Shown: in pieces, positions 1 to 21,955 of the stretch
How positions within the stretch are numbered: position 1 is the stretch's first letter
Layout: every line of letters starts with the position of its first letter
Assembly (NCBI RefSeq): GCF_009914755.1
Contig: NC_060940.1
Length of the DNA: 64,000 nucleotides
Origin: the human T2T-CHM13v2.0 reference genome, Homo sapiens
Strand: one strand, 5' to 3'
Position numbers and translations under genes: made by a program
The notes under the pieces: model-generated
What the model was told of the DNA's origin: nothing
The model's database searches: none
Seen by the model: the letters and a program-made list of their open reading frames with translations, nothing else

Positions 1-1113
1 TGCTTGCTGTTAATGTAATCTGATATATAGACATTCAAACAAAAAGTGCCATATTCATTTCATATGTTGCAGCTTCCTATTCTTTACAACTTATATTGAT
101 TATAGTCAGAGCAACAGTAAAACCCACTATATATCTACAAGTCTGGGTTTATGGCTGTAATAACCGATAACATCCCTTTTTCATTTTCAGAAGTACCTCA
201 GCTCAACTTCTATGGTCCCCATTGTGATAAAATAAAAGTGAGGAATGAGTGATTAGATGCATGAGTTCTGCACACAGACAGGCTCTGTTATCTTTCAAGA
301 TTTGAGCCTTTGGGAAAATTAATCACTTTAAGCCCCAGTTACGTCTTCTGCAAAATGAGTTCATTATTTAAACAAGTATCTCTGTGAGCTTACCATCTGC
401 CAGGCAGTGTGCTAGGCACGGATGTGATAGTATTTGAGATGCCACTGCTGTCAAGGCTGAGGGAGACAGCAAATAAACACACAAACACATATCCTGAGTA
501 GGCCAGGCGGCAGGAGGGAGAGTCTGGCTGAGGAATGGTGGAAGGAGGGGCTGCTACTGTAGAAGCAGGTCAGAGAAGGACTGGGCTTGGGGATATCTGA
601 ACAGGGACCTGAATGGCATGGTCCGATAAGCCACATGGATGCCTGGCAGAGGAAATGGCAAAAGCAAAAGCCCTGAGGTGGCAGCTGCTTCTTGGGTTTG
701 AGGAACAGCAAAAAGGCCAGGGGGGCTGGAAGGGAGCAAGCGGGGGCAGTGATGGGACAAGTGGCTGGAGTGCGGGGAAAGGACAATGCAGGCAGCTCAG
801 AGGTTGCCGTGATGATTAAAGGAGATGATATAGGTAAACGCCTGCACTCAGGGGTGGCATATGTTATGAGTTCAGTAAACTATGGCTAGTAATATTTCTG
901 AAATACTTTACATGAACATTTTACATCATCATTTTACAGTGTCCTTCGGAGTACATCCTGCGTGTGACCAAGCGTGTGTATGGAAGACACAATGTGTGTG
1001 TGTGCACCCACGTGGACCTAAAAGCAATAAGCAATTTAGTTCTTCGACAAACACAGATTTTGTTTCTCTTCCCTTCTAGGTGTAACTATGCGTGTACCTT
1101 CTCTGTAGTTTGA

Positions 1114-1371
<258 letters not shown>

Positions 1372-1523
1372 TAATTTTTTGTATTTTTAGTAGAGACAGG
1401 GTTTCACCAGGTTGGCCAGACTGGTTTCAAACTCCGGACCTCAAGTGATCCATCCGCACATCTCCTCCTCCCAAAGTGCTGGGATTACAGGTATGAGCCA
1501 CTGCGCCTGGCCTGACATTTCTA

Positions 1524-1754
<231 letters not shown>

Positions 1755-2012
1755 TCATTAGAAGGACCAACAATACCAACCGCCATCAGATCTGAAGGGC
1801 TCTGGGTGCTAAGAGTCACCTGTCGTGGCTGAAACCTAAGAGGCCCTCACATACCTAGCGTAGCCATGCAGGAAACACTGCCTAGAACCTTCTGAGCTAT
1901 TAATAGCCCATGTCAGTTAATATGACTAGTGAAAACCATTCCATTGGCCTAAGTTAAATCCCAAACTACATGGGGAAGAGGGCCCGCTAGAGTGCGGGTC
2001 TTCTAGAAATCA

Positions 2013-2207
<195 letters not shown>

Positions 2208-3925
2208 CTAGGAAACCCAAACAGGCCCAGCAGCCCTGGTCACTAATGAGTCTGGGAGGAATCCACATCACTTCTGTACATACACAATGACCCACTGTCT
2301 TGCTGTACACAACAGGCATTATCTCCTCCACTAAAAGAGAAAAGCAGATAGATGTAAGTGCATTAATACTGGGGAGAGACACAAAGTGCATGGTCCCTGA
2401 ACTTCATATCTGGGCCTTTCAAATGTTCACTGGCCAAAATAAATGGGCAATAACAAAAAACATCTGGATAGTATTTGTGCCTTTCAGTTGTCTCATGTGA
2501 TCTTGCTTATTTTGCACTGATATTTTTTTCTTTTTTACAAATATGCCTGAATTTGTATGGAAATTTTAAGTAGCATGTCAGAATAGTCTTCTATGTCTCT
2601 AGAAGTCAACTTGTTAAAATAGAAAAACACCTAATCCTAATCATTATGCATTCCTCCAACAAACTCAAACTCAACAGAAAATCACCAAGCTCTATTTTTT
2701 TTTGTTTTTTTTTGAGCCGGGGTCTAACTCTATCGCCCAGGCTGGAGTGCAGTGACGCAATCACGACTCACTACAACCTCCGCCTCCCAGGGTCAAGGAA
2801 TTGTCCTGCCTCAGCCTCCTGAGGAGCTGGGATTACAAGTGCCCACCACCATGCCCAGCTAATTTTTTTATTTTTAGTAGAGACTGGGTCTCACCATGTT
2901 GGCCAGGCTGATCTTGAACTCCTGACCTCGGGTGATCCGCCCACCTCAGGCTCCCAAAGTGCTAGGATTATAGGCGTGAGCCACCGCACCCGGCCTTACC
3001 AAACTCTGTTTATAGATTCTGAAACCACGAGTGTCTTTGCTTCAGATTCTTGATGTTGGATCTTATCTCATCATTCGTGTGAGGACCTGAAAGCCTTGTG
3101 CATCTTTTAGTAGCAATCAATGAAATGAAAAAGGAAGCTATGTCAAATCAGCAAAGTATTAAAACCATATCTATTTGATAAATTACGGGCATGAAAGGAA
3201 AGAAGACAGAGGTCTGTAGAGGAAAAAAGACAAAATACAGCTTATGAAGCATATGTAGGCAGTGAAAAAAAACTGGTATCCACTCCTACCATCCACAGTC
3301 TTGCCAAACAGTGATGCTAAAATGATGATCAGGAAAGCACGGTTACTGAAAAGTGATCACTGCTGACATGGTCCCTCTGCACAACTCTGGATCTTTTTGC
3401 TACAACTGATCCTTTCCCACTGTAGATTCCCAGAACGATTCTACTATCGTGTAGCAGCATTCCCATCTGGATCCACCATCTATGGATTCATTTTGATTCC
3501 CACCATTACTATTATGTAAGGAAGAGATTTTTTGTGTGTGTGCTTTTTCAGGCTAATAATAAGGTCATTTGAAATGAAGAAATCTCAATTTTCAGAAACT
3601 TTCAATTATTTCTTTCTTTCTAGACAATAATGTTCCTTCTCTTAGGTCTTGTTTTAGAGAAACCTCCCTCCCTTTTCTCTTGGATACTTCCTCTCTGCCC
3701 TGTTTCATCAGCTTCGGGGAGGGATATCTGCTACCAGGGCTGATGATCAAGTTACTGAGGCAATGATGGACTAGTCATTATAGGTAGGATGAAAAGAGCC
3801 TGCCTTGCGGATCATGAGGTCAGAAGATCGAGACCATCCTGGCCAACATGGTGAAACCCCGTCTCTACTAAAAATACAAAAATTAGCTGGGAGTGGTGGC
3901 ACATGCCTGTAATCCCAGCTACTCA

Positions 3926-4087
<162 letters not shown>

Positions 4088-4694
4088 TCAATTGGGATCT
4101 GGGTAGAAAATCTTATGTAACTCTCTGTGATGGATCCACACCTTCTAGATCTTTAGGGTTGGACAGGAAGAAAAGATCACATTTCTCAACTTGCAACAGA
4201 GGATAGTGGCCAGGAGACAACTGCCAGAAGAATCCAGACTCCAACACACTGTGGGAGGGGGAAAAGCTCATTTCCTTTGATCTTTACAATAAATGTAAAG
4301 CCCCAGGCAGGCAGAACAGGTATTTTCCCATTACACAGATGACAAAATCAAGGATGAGTGAGATTAGGGCATTTATCAGAGGTACAGCAAGTAATGGTGA
4401 AGACAGGATTTGAGATCAGGTGACTTCAAATCTGGTCCTCTTTTTAGGACCAAAATGTCTAAAATTATTTTAAAAATTCCAAATGAAGACAGCAGGTTGG
4501 ACAAATCTTCCTGAAAAACAGCAGCACCAGGCATCTACGTCTGTATACTTGCCTGTGCACATCCTTCCATTCCAAGTTCGCGGGGGACAGATTTGGCACA
4601 ACACCATCAATAGTGTCTACTTGTTAAATTCACTCATTGATCTGTTACGTACTTTTTGGAAACACGCCAGGCACTATTTCAAATAATGAGACTA

Positions 4695-5150
<456 letters not shown>

Positions 5151-5905
5151 TTAACAGAAATTTTTAAATATTCAGGATGACCCAACTTGTTGGAGTCCTG
5201 AAGGAAGTGAAGTGATGGGGTGCAGGAACATCTCAGAGAGGAGGGATCCAGGCTAATCAGGTACATGTGCTCTGGGTACCCGTGGGATCAATGCATCTGG
5301 CAGAGTGGGTGAGAAGGAGAGCAGGGTGGAGAGAGGGGGGAGAGAAGTTTCGATGGAAAGGATGTGTCTCCCACAAATGACCTGTCACCAAGCTGGACTC
5401 TCACCCTCCTGGGGCTGGCGAAGTTTGGCTGTGCTCCTCTGTTATCACTTGGACCACTGAATAAATCAATTATTTAATTCCATTTAGTTGAAAGTAAGTT
5501 TAACATATGTGCAATAGCTAACAAAGGCAGGCATTCAAAGGCTACTACTTCTTTAACACAAATTCTAGGTCGCTATCTAACCTCCAACTGGTACTTAGCC
5601 AAGAGAATTCACATATCACACCACCACCTTATATCTACAACGTATATACAGGCTTTGGAACAATTTTTATATCCATTCATTGTCCCACGTGATTCCTCTG
5701 CATATCCCAGGAGAGATGTGGGTACTCTCATGCCCTGTATATGGATAGATAAATTGAGGGTGAGGTTATGAAACCCAGTGACAGAATTGGGACTAGGACC
5801 TTGTGGGACAAGGATCTTGGTTTGCTGACTCCTGATTCAGGGCTCTTCTATAATAGCTCATAAGAACTCTAACTGAAAAGATTTCTCATGGTTAAAGGAG
5901 GATAA

Positions 5906-6085
<180 letters not shown>

Positions 6086-7735
6086 TGACTAGCTGGGATT
6101 ACAGGTGTGCGCCACTACGCCCAGCTGATTTTTGCATTTTTAGTAGAGATGGGGTTTCACCGTGTTGGCCAGGCTATTCTCAAACTCCTGACCTTGGGTG
6201 ATCTGCCCGCCTCAGCCTCCCAAAGTGCTGGGATTACAGGCATGAGCCACCGCACCTGGCCAGAGGGAATTTAACATAGGGAATAAATAGTCCCATAGGT
6301 ATTAGAGGACTGAAGACGTAAAAAGGGGATATCCCAGCAACACAGAGATAGTAGCTGCAGGGAACATTTCCCACACCTAGGACTAGAGAAGAAGGGGAAG
6401 CGGGTGGGACTGATAGAACTTAGAGGTTCAGGGAAGAGGCCTCGAAGAGCTGAGCCTCAGACTTCAAGAAGGGACCGCGGCCCAGATGGGGCCAGGACCT
6501 CTGAGCTTGGAGGAAGCATGCACTAGAGGGAACCTTGAAGCCGGTAGGAGAGGCGTCCTGCTCCTTCCTGTTTGCTGGTTGTCCCTGTTTGTGGCATCCA
6601 CAGTGGTTCTTCACCCTGGCAGTGGTGACTGGTTTCATTTCTTTTTTTCTGCACTCCCAGAACAAGGCTCATCATGCCTCCTACTGGCAGAACCTAACAG
6701 GAAGCTGCAGGGGAAGAAGGTGGTTTCCAGCATCTCAGCAGGAACCTGGAAGCTGAGCGTAGGAGGGTGGGTTTGGAGCTGAGACAATACCTCATAACCA
6801 GCACACCACCTGACTGCAGGAATTGCCAGAAATTCAAGTGCCATTGTTTCCAGAGTATCCTGATGTGTGACTTTTTTCCCCGTCAGGAATTCCCAGCATC
6901 TGACGGTTTGTTGGAATTGTGTTTGGTTTCTGTTTTGTTTGCGTACATTTCATTCATTTAAGTCGTATTCTTTTTTTTTTTTTTGAGATGCAGTCTGGCT
7001 CTGTTGCCCAGGTTGGAGTATGGGTGGTGCAATCTCAGCTCACTGCAATCTCCGCCTCCCGGGTTCAAGCAATTCTCGTGCCTCAGCCTCCCGAACAGCT
7101 GGGATTACAGGAACCTGCCATCACACCCGGCTAATTTTTGTGTTTTTAGTAGAGACGGGGTTTCACCATGTTGGCCAGGCTGGTCTAGAACTCCCTACCT
7201 CAGGTGATCCATCCGCCTCGGCCTCCCAAAGTGCTGGGATTACAGGCGTGAGCCACTGCGCCCGGCCCATATTCTTTTATTAAAGGTTAATTTCCTAGTT
7301 TATACCAGTGTCTATTTCACCATATACTTGTCATCACCGGGTGCTCCTTTCTTTTTAAGCTAAAAATACTCTTTGGCACCAGTTGTGGGTCTCTAGCAAA
7401 GCAGAAACTGCCACTTCGTGGTTCCTTTCCACCTTTCTACCTGTATTTCTTTTTTTTTCTATTTCTTTTTTTCTTGATACAGGGTCAAAAAAGGCTAGAG
7501 TGCAGTGGCACGATCACAGCTCATTGCAGCCTTGACCTCTCAGGCTCAAGTGATCCTCCCACCTCAGCCTCCTGAGTAGCTGGGACTATAGGCATTCACC
7601 ACTACCCCTGGCTAATTTTTAAATTTTTTATAGTAGGGCCTCACTATGTTGCCTAGGCGGTCTGGAACTCCTGAGCTCAAGGGGCTAGCCTCCCAAAGTG
7701 CTGAGATTATAGGCATGAGCCACAGTGCTCAGCCT

Positions 7736-8400
<665 letters not shown>

Positions 8401-8542
8401 AAAACAAAAACAAAAAACAAAAATTCAGCCGGGCATGGTGGCTCATGCCTATAGTCCCAGCACTTTGGGAGGCCGAGGCAGGCAGATCACTTGAGCTCAG
8501 GAGTTCGAGACCAGCCTGGCCAACACGGTAAAACCTCGTCTA

Positions 8543-8779
<237 letters not shown>

Positions 8780-9646
8780 TTATGGAGAGCTTTCCTGTTT
8801 TTAAAAGCCTCTCAAACTTTCCCTTACTTGCTCTCCATTCAATTCAGGGGTTAAAAAAATGTTCTACTACTGTCTCTGGGGTTTCCTCTGAGGTTGCTGA
8901 TGCCCCTTCTTTTTAATTGCATTTTTATTTTTCTAACACCTACCTCTTACACAGAAATGATGCCCCTTCTGCATGTTTTGATGCCGGCACAGGTGTAAGC
9001 AATGAGAACTATGCCATACCTGCCTCCTTGCCAACAGTTGATAACCACAGACAGGAAGACACTGATTTCAGGGATGAGAAGAAACAGGTGTCTTAGAAAC
9101 ACGGTACTCTCCACTCATCCTCTGGAATCCTTCTATAACCTTCAGTCCCTGTATTCTCTGGGTCCACACATGCCTTCAAGAGCTATGTCAGCCTCCTTGA
9201 GGCTTGAGGGGAAAAAAGTCACTCTGCTTTTCTCTTCTCTCATTAAAAACAACAAAAACTAGACTTCCAAAGCATTAAACATGTAGGGAGCTTAGAGACG
9301 CTGTCCAGGATGAGCTGACCAAAGCAGAAGCAAGGCTGTTTGTGACTTCAGCATTTCCCCCAATTAGCCACTGCAAAGCCACCTCCCAGCACTTGGTCCA
9401 ACCTTAATCAACAACCACTGTTTCCTTTGCCTTCTGGACAGTTTCCTGGATAGACTGACGTCAGTCTGGCTCTATGTTCAAAGTTAGAAAATAAAAGTAG
9501 TTTGTTGCAATAAGGGCTAAGATTTTAAGATATAGCATAAGAAATACTGAGTTCCAGTCCAGACTCTGTTCACTTCAAAGCAGTGGCTCACACCTGTAAT
9601 CACACCTGTAATCCCAGCTCTTTGAAAGGCTGAGGTGAGTGTATTA

Positions 9647-9898
<252 letters not shown>

Positions 9899-9951
9899 CT
9901 AGGGCAAATTGTACCACTTCTCTATTTCTTTTTAATTTTTTATTTTTTTGA

Positions 9952-10125
<174 letters not shown>

Positions 10126-10790
10126 TAACATTTGCATTGAAAATTCTCAGTTTCTCAGTTTTAGGCATTCTCTATTGAGTTCCCACAAGGAAAGATGATT
10201 TAGCTTCTTCTCTCCCCCAATTCCTCCCACCATCCCCTATCACATACCCAATACCTTTCTCATTACCCCCAATAGAGTTAAAATCTCTTTTTAGTAAACA
10301 TTCAGTGTTCATGTAATTAAGACTATGTCAATCCTATTCACAACTCTGATAACATTTTGGTTCTCAGTTTTCCTTACTTTTCATTTCCCTGCAGTTAATA
10401 ATTATTTGCTTAGTTTTCTATGTACTTATACAATTTCATCAAAGAGCTGCTATTCCAATTCCTCAAAATTTGATGTTTAAAGGCATAAGATTTAGTCAAA
10501 ACCTTGTTCATTGAAATATTGTCCCTAGGCCGGGCACAGTGGCTGACACCTATGATCCCAGCAGTTTGGGAGACCAAGGCGGGTGGATCACCTGAGGTCA
10601 GGAGTTCGAGACCAGCCTGGCCAACATAGTGAAACCCCTTCTCTACTAAAAATCCAAAAATTAGCCTGTAATCCCAGCTACTCGGGAGGCTAAGGCACGA
10701 GAATTGCTTGAACCCAGGAGGCAGAGTTGCAGTGAGCAGAGAATTGCAGCACTGCACTCCAGCCTGGGCAACAGAACAAGACTGTGTCTC

Positions 10791-10832
<42 letters not shown>

Positions 10833-11052
10833 GAAAAAAAGAAATGTTGTCCCTAATAGTGAAAAAGTCAAAGCAAACCTCAAAAAGAATACAGCTGATT
10901 AATAAGTATTGATACATATACAAAACTGAGCCTTCAATTTCTGTCATTATATCTACCTGTAACTCTATCATATTTTAGAATGAGCATGCACTTTTGTAAT
11001 CAGAATATAAGAACATTTATAAAGTAATAGGAGAAAAGTAACCTGAATCATA

Positions 11053-11133
11053 TTAGGTTGGTGCAAAAGTAATTCCGGTTTTTTGTCATTACTTTTAATG
11101 GCAAAAGCCGCAATGACTTTTGCATCAACCTAT
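11053..11133. mobile_element. MADE1 mariner MITE (Hsmar1 derivative)
   Basis: About 80-bp palindrome TTAGGTTGGTGCAAAAGTAATT...TTTTGCATCAACCTA with TA on both flanks. Confidence 0.93.
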
Positions 11134-12011
11134 TACTATTTTTTTTGCAGTTATTTATACGACCAATCGGATTTTTAAAAACAATTTTATTTAGTTGCTG
11201 GGAACAAGTCTGATTTTCTTTTCTCCTCAGCTATACAAGGTTGGCTTGTAGGGCAATCATCTTAGATATGTCTGAAGAGATTCGAATTTGAAAGAAGGAA
11301 AACCAGAAGTTTCATACTTCTAAAGGAAAACGTTTTCAGAAAATGAGTGAAAAGGAGTGACTACAAAGGAAGCATTCGCTTATCTCAAAGCAAATACTAA
11401 ATTACAGATTCCTCTCAGCGCTCTACTGATGAAAAAATTTAAAAATAAATAAATAAATTACAGACAGTAACATGCTTCCATTTCATCCCGACAGCTTCAG
11501 GATGGCGCAGTCTCCAATGGGACAAACCCAGGGAGGCGTGACTCGGCCACAGCGCGTTCTGGGAAGGCCGCTTAACCAATCAGCGCCTTGGTTTCCAGGG
11601 GTCAGGTCTGCATAAAAATGCTGCCCTTTCCGTTCCTATAGTGGTGTGATGCAGAAACGCCGCGACAGAATGGGGTTATCTACATTAACAGCGCGCGGCC
11701 TTCCAGGCTCCTAAATGGACTTTCACAAACACCCTCCATCAGGCCAGGCCCGCGGGTGTGACCCGGGCAGACACAGGCTGCCCCCACACTTCTGGACTCT
11801 GTGTCAGGGCGCACACGCTGACAGCATGGCTAACTTTCTGGGGGCCGGGGACATCTGGGAGAAGCAGAATGAAACAGAAGATCGATTCCCTAGGTCCTAG
11901 GAGATGAAACGCCACCTTTGCGGGTTCGCGAGTCCTTAGGATCAAAGCTGGGCTCCCCAGGGCCGGGGCCGCTCGCCCCACATCCTCATTCCAGTCCCCA
12001 TCCCCACCCTA

Positions 12012-13359
<1,348 letters not shown>

Positions 13360-13782
13360 AACACCTGCTTTTGTGTCATCTGTTAACCCCCAGTGTGGTT
13401 CCTACTGAAGTCCAGTCAGTCACAAGCCTGGCCGTGGTCCTGGACCTGGTCCTGGGCTGAGATCAAAGCCAGGTGCTTTTGCCCCCAGATTTTCTGTTGC
13501 TTCCACTATGCTCCCATGCAAGACAGACACGGAAACACAAATCCCCTGGCTCTTCCACGGATAGAGTGGAATTACTACAAAGCTCTGATGCACTTCGTTA
13601 ACCCTGTGTTGGGTACAGCTCAGCCGCGAGTTTTACAGGAATATATGGTCCTCCCCAAAGATCACTGGCTTATTGCTTAATTGAATGCCTACACCCCCCC
13701 CCCACCACCCCCAACCAATATTTCTAACATGGTAGAAGGACTTTTTAAAAAAATCTATGGTCCACAGCCAATTTCTTCATCA

Positions 13783-14124
<342 letters not shown>

Positions 14125-14379
14125 TCATGCCTGTAGGTCCAGCTACTCGGGAGGCCTGGGCAGGAGGAAGGCTTGAGCCCAGGAGGCTGCAGTGAGCCAT
14201 GAATGCACTACTGCACTCCAGGCTGGGAGACAGAAGGAGACCTTGTCTCTAAAAAAATAAATACAAAATATTTAAATATAAGTAAATTTGTTAAAGGGTC
14301 AGTAAAATGACATTTAAGTGGAAAGACATGATAAGCTTTGTGATTTGGAAAAGTCACTCTAATGACAGCATGTCAGTAG

Positions 14380-15346
<967 letters not shown>

Positions 15347-15452
15347 GTATACCAGGATGGGGTCATTGAGTGAGGGGTGAGGAAAAACAGAAGTCAGGGA
15401 GACCAGTCAAGAGGCTGTTGAGGCTGGGTGAAGTGGCTCATCTTAGCACTTT

Positions 15453-16310
<858 letters not shown>

Positions 16311-16856
16311 CTTTGGGATGCTAAGAAAGGAGGATTGCTTGAGCCCAAGAGTTAGAGGTTGCAGTAAGCAGTGACTGCACTACTGCACTCTAGCCTGGGT
16401 GACAGAGCGAGAGCGAGACTGTCTGAAGAAAGGGAAAAAAAAAAAAAAGCCCTGAAGGATCACATTGCAGTGTCAGGAGATGGCGTGAGGTTTGTGCTGG
16501 GTGGAGTCCAGTAGTTACTCCCACTACTTTGAAAGCAACCTCGAAGTGGCTTTTAGATGAAGAGAACAGCTGACATCCTAACATCACAGACTTAATAGAG
16601 AGGTCAAGACTGCCCATTTGGGAAAACCATCCTAGGGTCCTTACTACAGTCCAAGACGACAACGTCATCAGCCACAAAATGCTTTTGAAATATCAGGTTC
16701 AATACTACTTGTTCTTGATTAAAAGCTTTTCTGGGGTGGCAATGTAGTTTGTTGTTGTTGTTGTTTTTATACAGGGTCTCCCTCTGTCTACCTCCTGGGC
16801 TCAAGTACTTGTCCTGCCTCAGCCTCCTGAATAGCTGAGGCCACTATTCCCGGCTA

Positions 16857-16964
<108 letters not shown>

Positions 16965-17326
16965 CTAAAAAAAAATTTTGTTTTTAAGTGACAAAGTCTT
17001 GTCATGTTGCCCAGGCTGGTCTCCAACTCCTGGGCTCAAGTATCCTTCTTGAGTAATCCCAAAGTGCTGGGATTACGGGTGTGAGCCACTGTATCTGGCC
17101 TCAACATAGGTTTTTGTTCGTTTTTGTTTTTTTGGTGGAGATGGGATTTCGCCATGTTGCCCAGGCTAGCAGGTTGATCTCATATTCTGGGGCTTAAGAG
17201 ATCCACCTGCCTCGGCCTCCTGAAGTGCTGGGACCACCACACTGAGCCTCAACATAGTTCTTAAATACAGCAATTGTTAAGGTTAAATCTATGGTTTGAT
17301 TCTGACACACTATATCTATGCTTTAA

Positions 17327-17511
<185 letters not shown>

Positions 17512-18014
17512 TAGTAGAGATGGGGTTTCACCATGTTGGCCAGGCTGGTCTCAAACTCCTGACCTCATGATTCGCCCACCTCGGCCTCCCAAAGTGCTGG
17601 GATTACAAACGTGAGCCACCACGCCCAGCCGACTTTCATTTATTTATATAACCACAGGGGTCTTCTGGAATAGATGGATCTAGGGTCGACTCCTGAGAGT
17701 CACTATCCTGTGAGGAAGGAAGTGTTTGCCTCCAAAGCTCCTTCTTTCAATGGAAGGAAACAGATACTGTACCAAAGTCACTCCTGAAACAGAAGGAGGT
17801 GACTACTAAGAATTTAGGTGTACCAAGTGCTTCAGCCTTCCCTGAGATGCCATGAACTTTGCAAAAGTATTTAGTAATAATGGATACTATTTACTCTTTG
17901 CTTCCATGGTTTGAGAAAGCTCGTTTTGTAGTTTTATTTCAATTCTTTAAGAGAAAGTATAGATTTAAAAATGTTAAAGATCTGTGTATATGTGTCATTT
18001 CCATACACCCATGA

Positions 18015-18404
<390 letters not shown>

Positions 18405-19598
18405 TGAGCCACCGCACCTGGCCACATTTTTTTTTTCTTGAGATGGAGTCTCACCCTGTCGCTCAGGCTGGAGTGCAGTGGCACTATCTTGGCTCACTGC
18501 AACCTCCACCTCCTGGGCTCAGGCGATTCTCATGCCTGCAGCCTCCTGAGTAGCTGGGACCACAGGTGCGTGCCACCATGCCTGGCTAATTTTTGTATTT
18601 TCAGTAAAGACGGGGTTTCACCATGTTGGCCAGTCTGGTCTAGAACTCCTGGCCTGAGGTGATCCACCTGCCTCGGCCTCCCAGAGTGCTGGGATTACAG
18701 GCATGAGCCACTGCACCCAGCCCCAAATTGCACATTTTAATCATGTTCTTCTCTCCTTTATAGGAGCTCTTATTCAGGGTCTCCTGAATTAGGTTAGAAC
18801 TTCTGAATGTTTGCTTCAAAGCTTTCCAACATTTTATTTACTTATCTATACTGCTTTTCTGTTCCCTCTTCCAACCCCAGCCTTTGTTTTTATCTGGAAA
18901 GGAAAAGTTTACCCAATGAAAATGTACCCTTCTCTCTACAACAGAAGATTCACATTCTCTGTGAAGTCTTCCTTGCTAATTCTCACTTGGCTTTGTGCTG
19001 GCCCCTATTGCCCTAGCAATGCCTCAGTATCCATGTTCACATACCTCTCCAACATTTGAAATTCATTCTCTGTGTTTTATAGATTTGTTAATGTGTAATT
19101 ACGTTGCATATATTCATTATCCTATTTCTCCTCCTGACTTACGTCCTTAACTAACCACTCCCTCAAGGAAGGCATCCAGTGTCCTTAGAACATTCCATAG
19201 CTAAATACAATGACCCAATATGTAAAGAAGGTGGTACATATCATCAAGGTGGATGAAATAAGTCAATTAGAATGGTGAACTGGGAAAAGACACCAAGAAA
19301 GTAGGTAAGGATGGAAGACCAAAATGCATTGCACATCATTGAGACCATCAAAAGACATGTCTATGAATTGGTGTGCAGTGAAATTTTCCCCTAAGAAGTG
19401 TTCTCAGCTCTTTCACATGCAAGACAATATACATATATTTTGGACTAGGATGCAATGACCAGCTCTGTAAAGGGAAGCAGGGGTGTTGAGTCCAATTTCT
19501 AACTCCTCCACTGGTTCACTGACTAGGAGATGGTGAACAACCATCTTCATTCTTCAGTGTTTAATTCTATTTGTAAAATAGGTATTTTCTTTTTTTGA

Positions 19599-20760
<1,162 letters not shown>

Positions 20761-21561
20761 TATGTAACAATAATTTCTAAGTAGGAAATTCAAAGGATTT
20801 TTTCCACTTCATTAAAAACAAACAAACAGATGCAGTGGCTCACACCTGTAATCCTAGCACTTTGGGAGGCCGAGGCGGGCAAATCACTTACTTGAGGTGA
20901 GAAGTTCAAGACCAGCCTGGCGAACATGACAAAACCCCATCTCTACCAAAAATACAAAAATTAGCTGGGTGTGGTGGTGTGTCCCTGTAGTCCCAGCTAC
21001 TCAGGAGGCTGAGGCAGCAGAATCGCTTGAACCCAGGAGGCAGACTGCAGTAAGCCAAGATTGTGCCACTGAACTCCAGCCTGGGTGACAGAGAAAGACC
21101 CTGTCTCCAAAAAACAAAAACAAAAACAAAGAAACAAAAAAACCTATTCTAGTTACTCAGACACACAGTCTTAAAATAACAAAAATACTTATAGAATGAA
21201 GCTAGATTCCACAGCATCGATCAGGAATTTCCAGTGTAGGAAATGATGAACTACCACATTCAAACATACAGGCTTTACAGGTGCATCAGAATCACAAGCA
21301 CGTGGCAGGGTTCATGTGCCCAATTAAGTGAATATTCCTGCTACATGTTCAGCAGCTTATAAACAGATGGTGACCCAGACCAGACTGCCTTGATGAGTCT
21401 GCTTGGAAAAAAGGCATTACATCACTGATTGGAGAACCTCAAAGCATATGTCCGGGCAGGTGACACACACACAGCTCAGGCTGTGATTGCTAAACCACTC
21501 CCACAGCCAAATAAGGAAACCCATCTCATGACCAGCTCTCAGGGGAATTCTCCGAGTCTGA

Positions 21562-21955
<394 letters not shown>

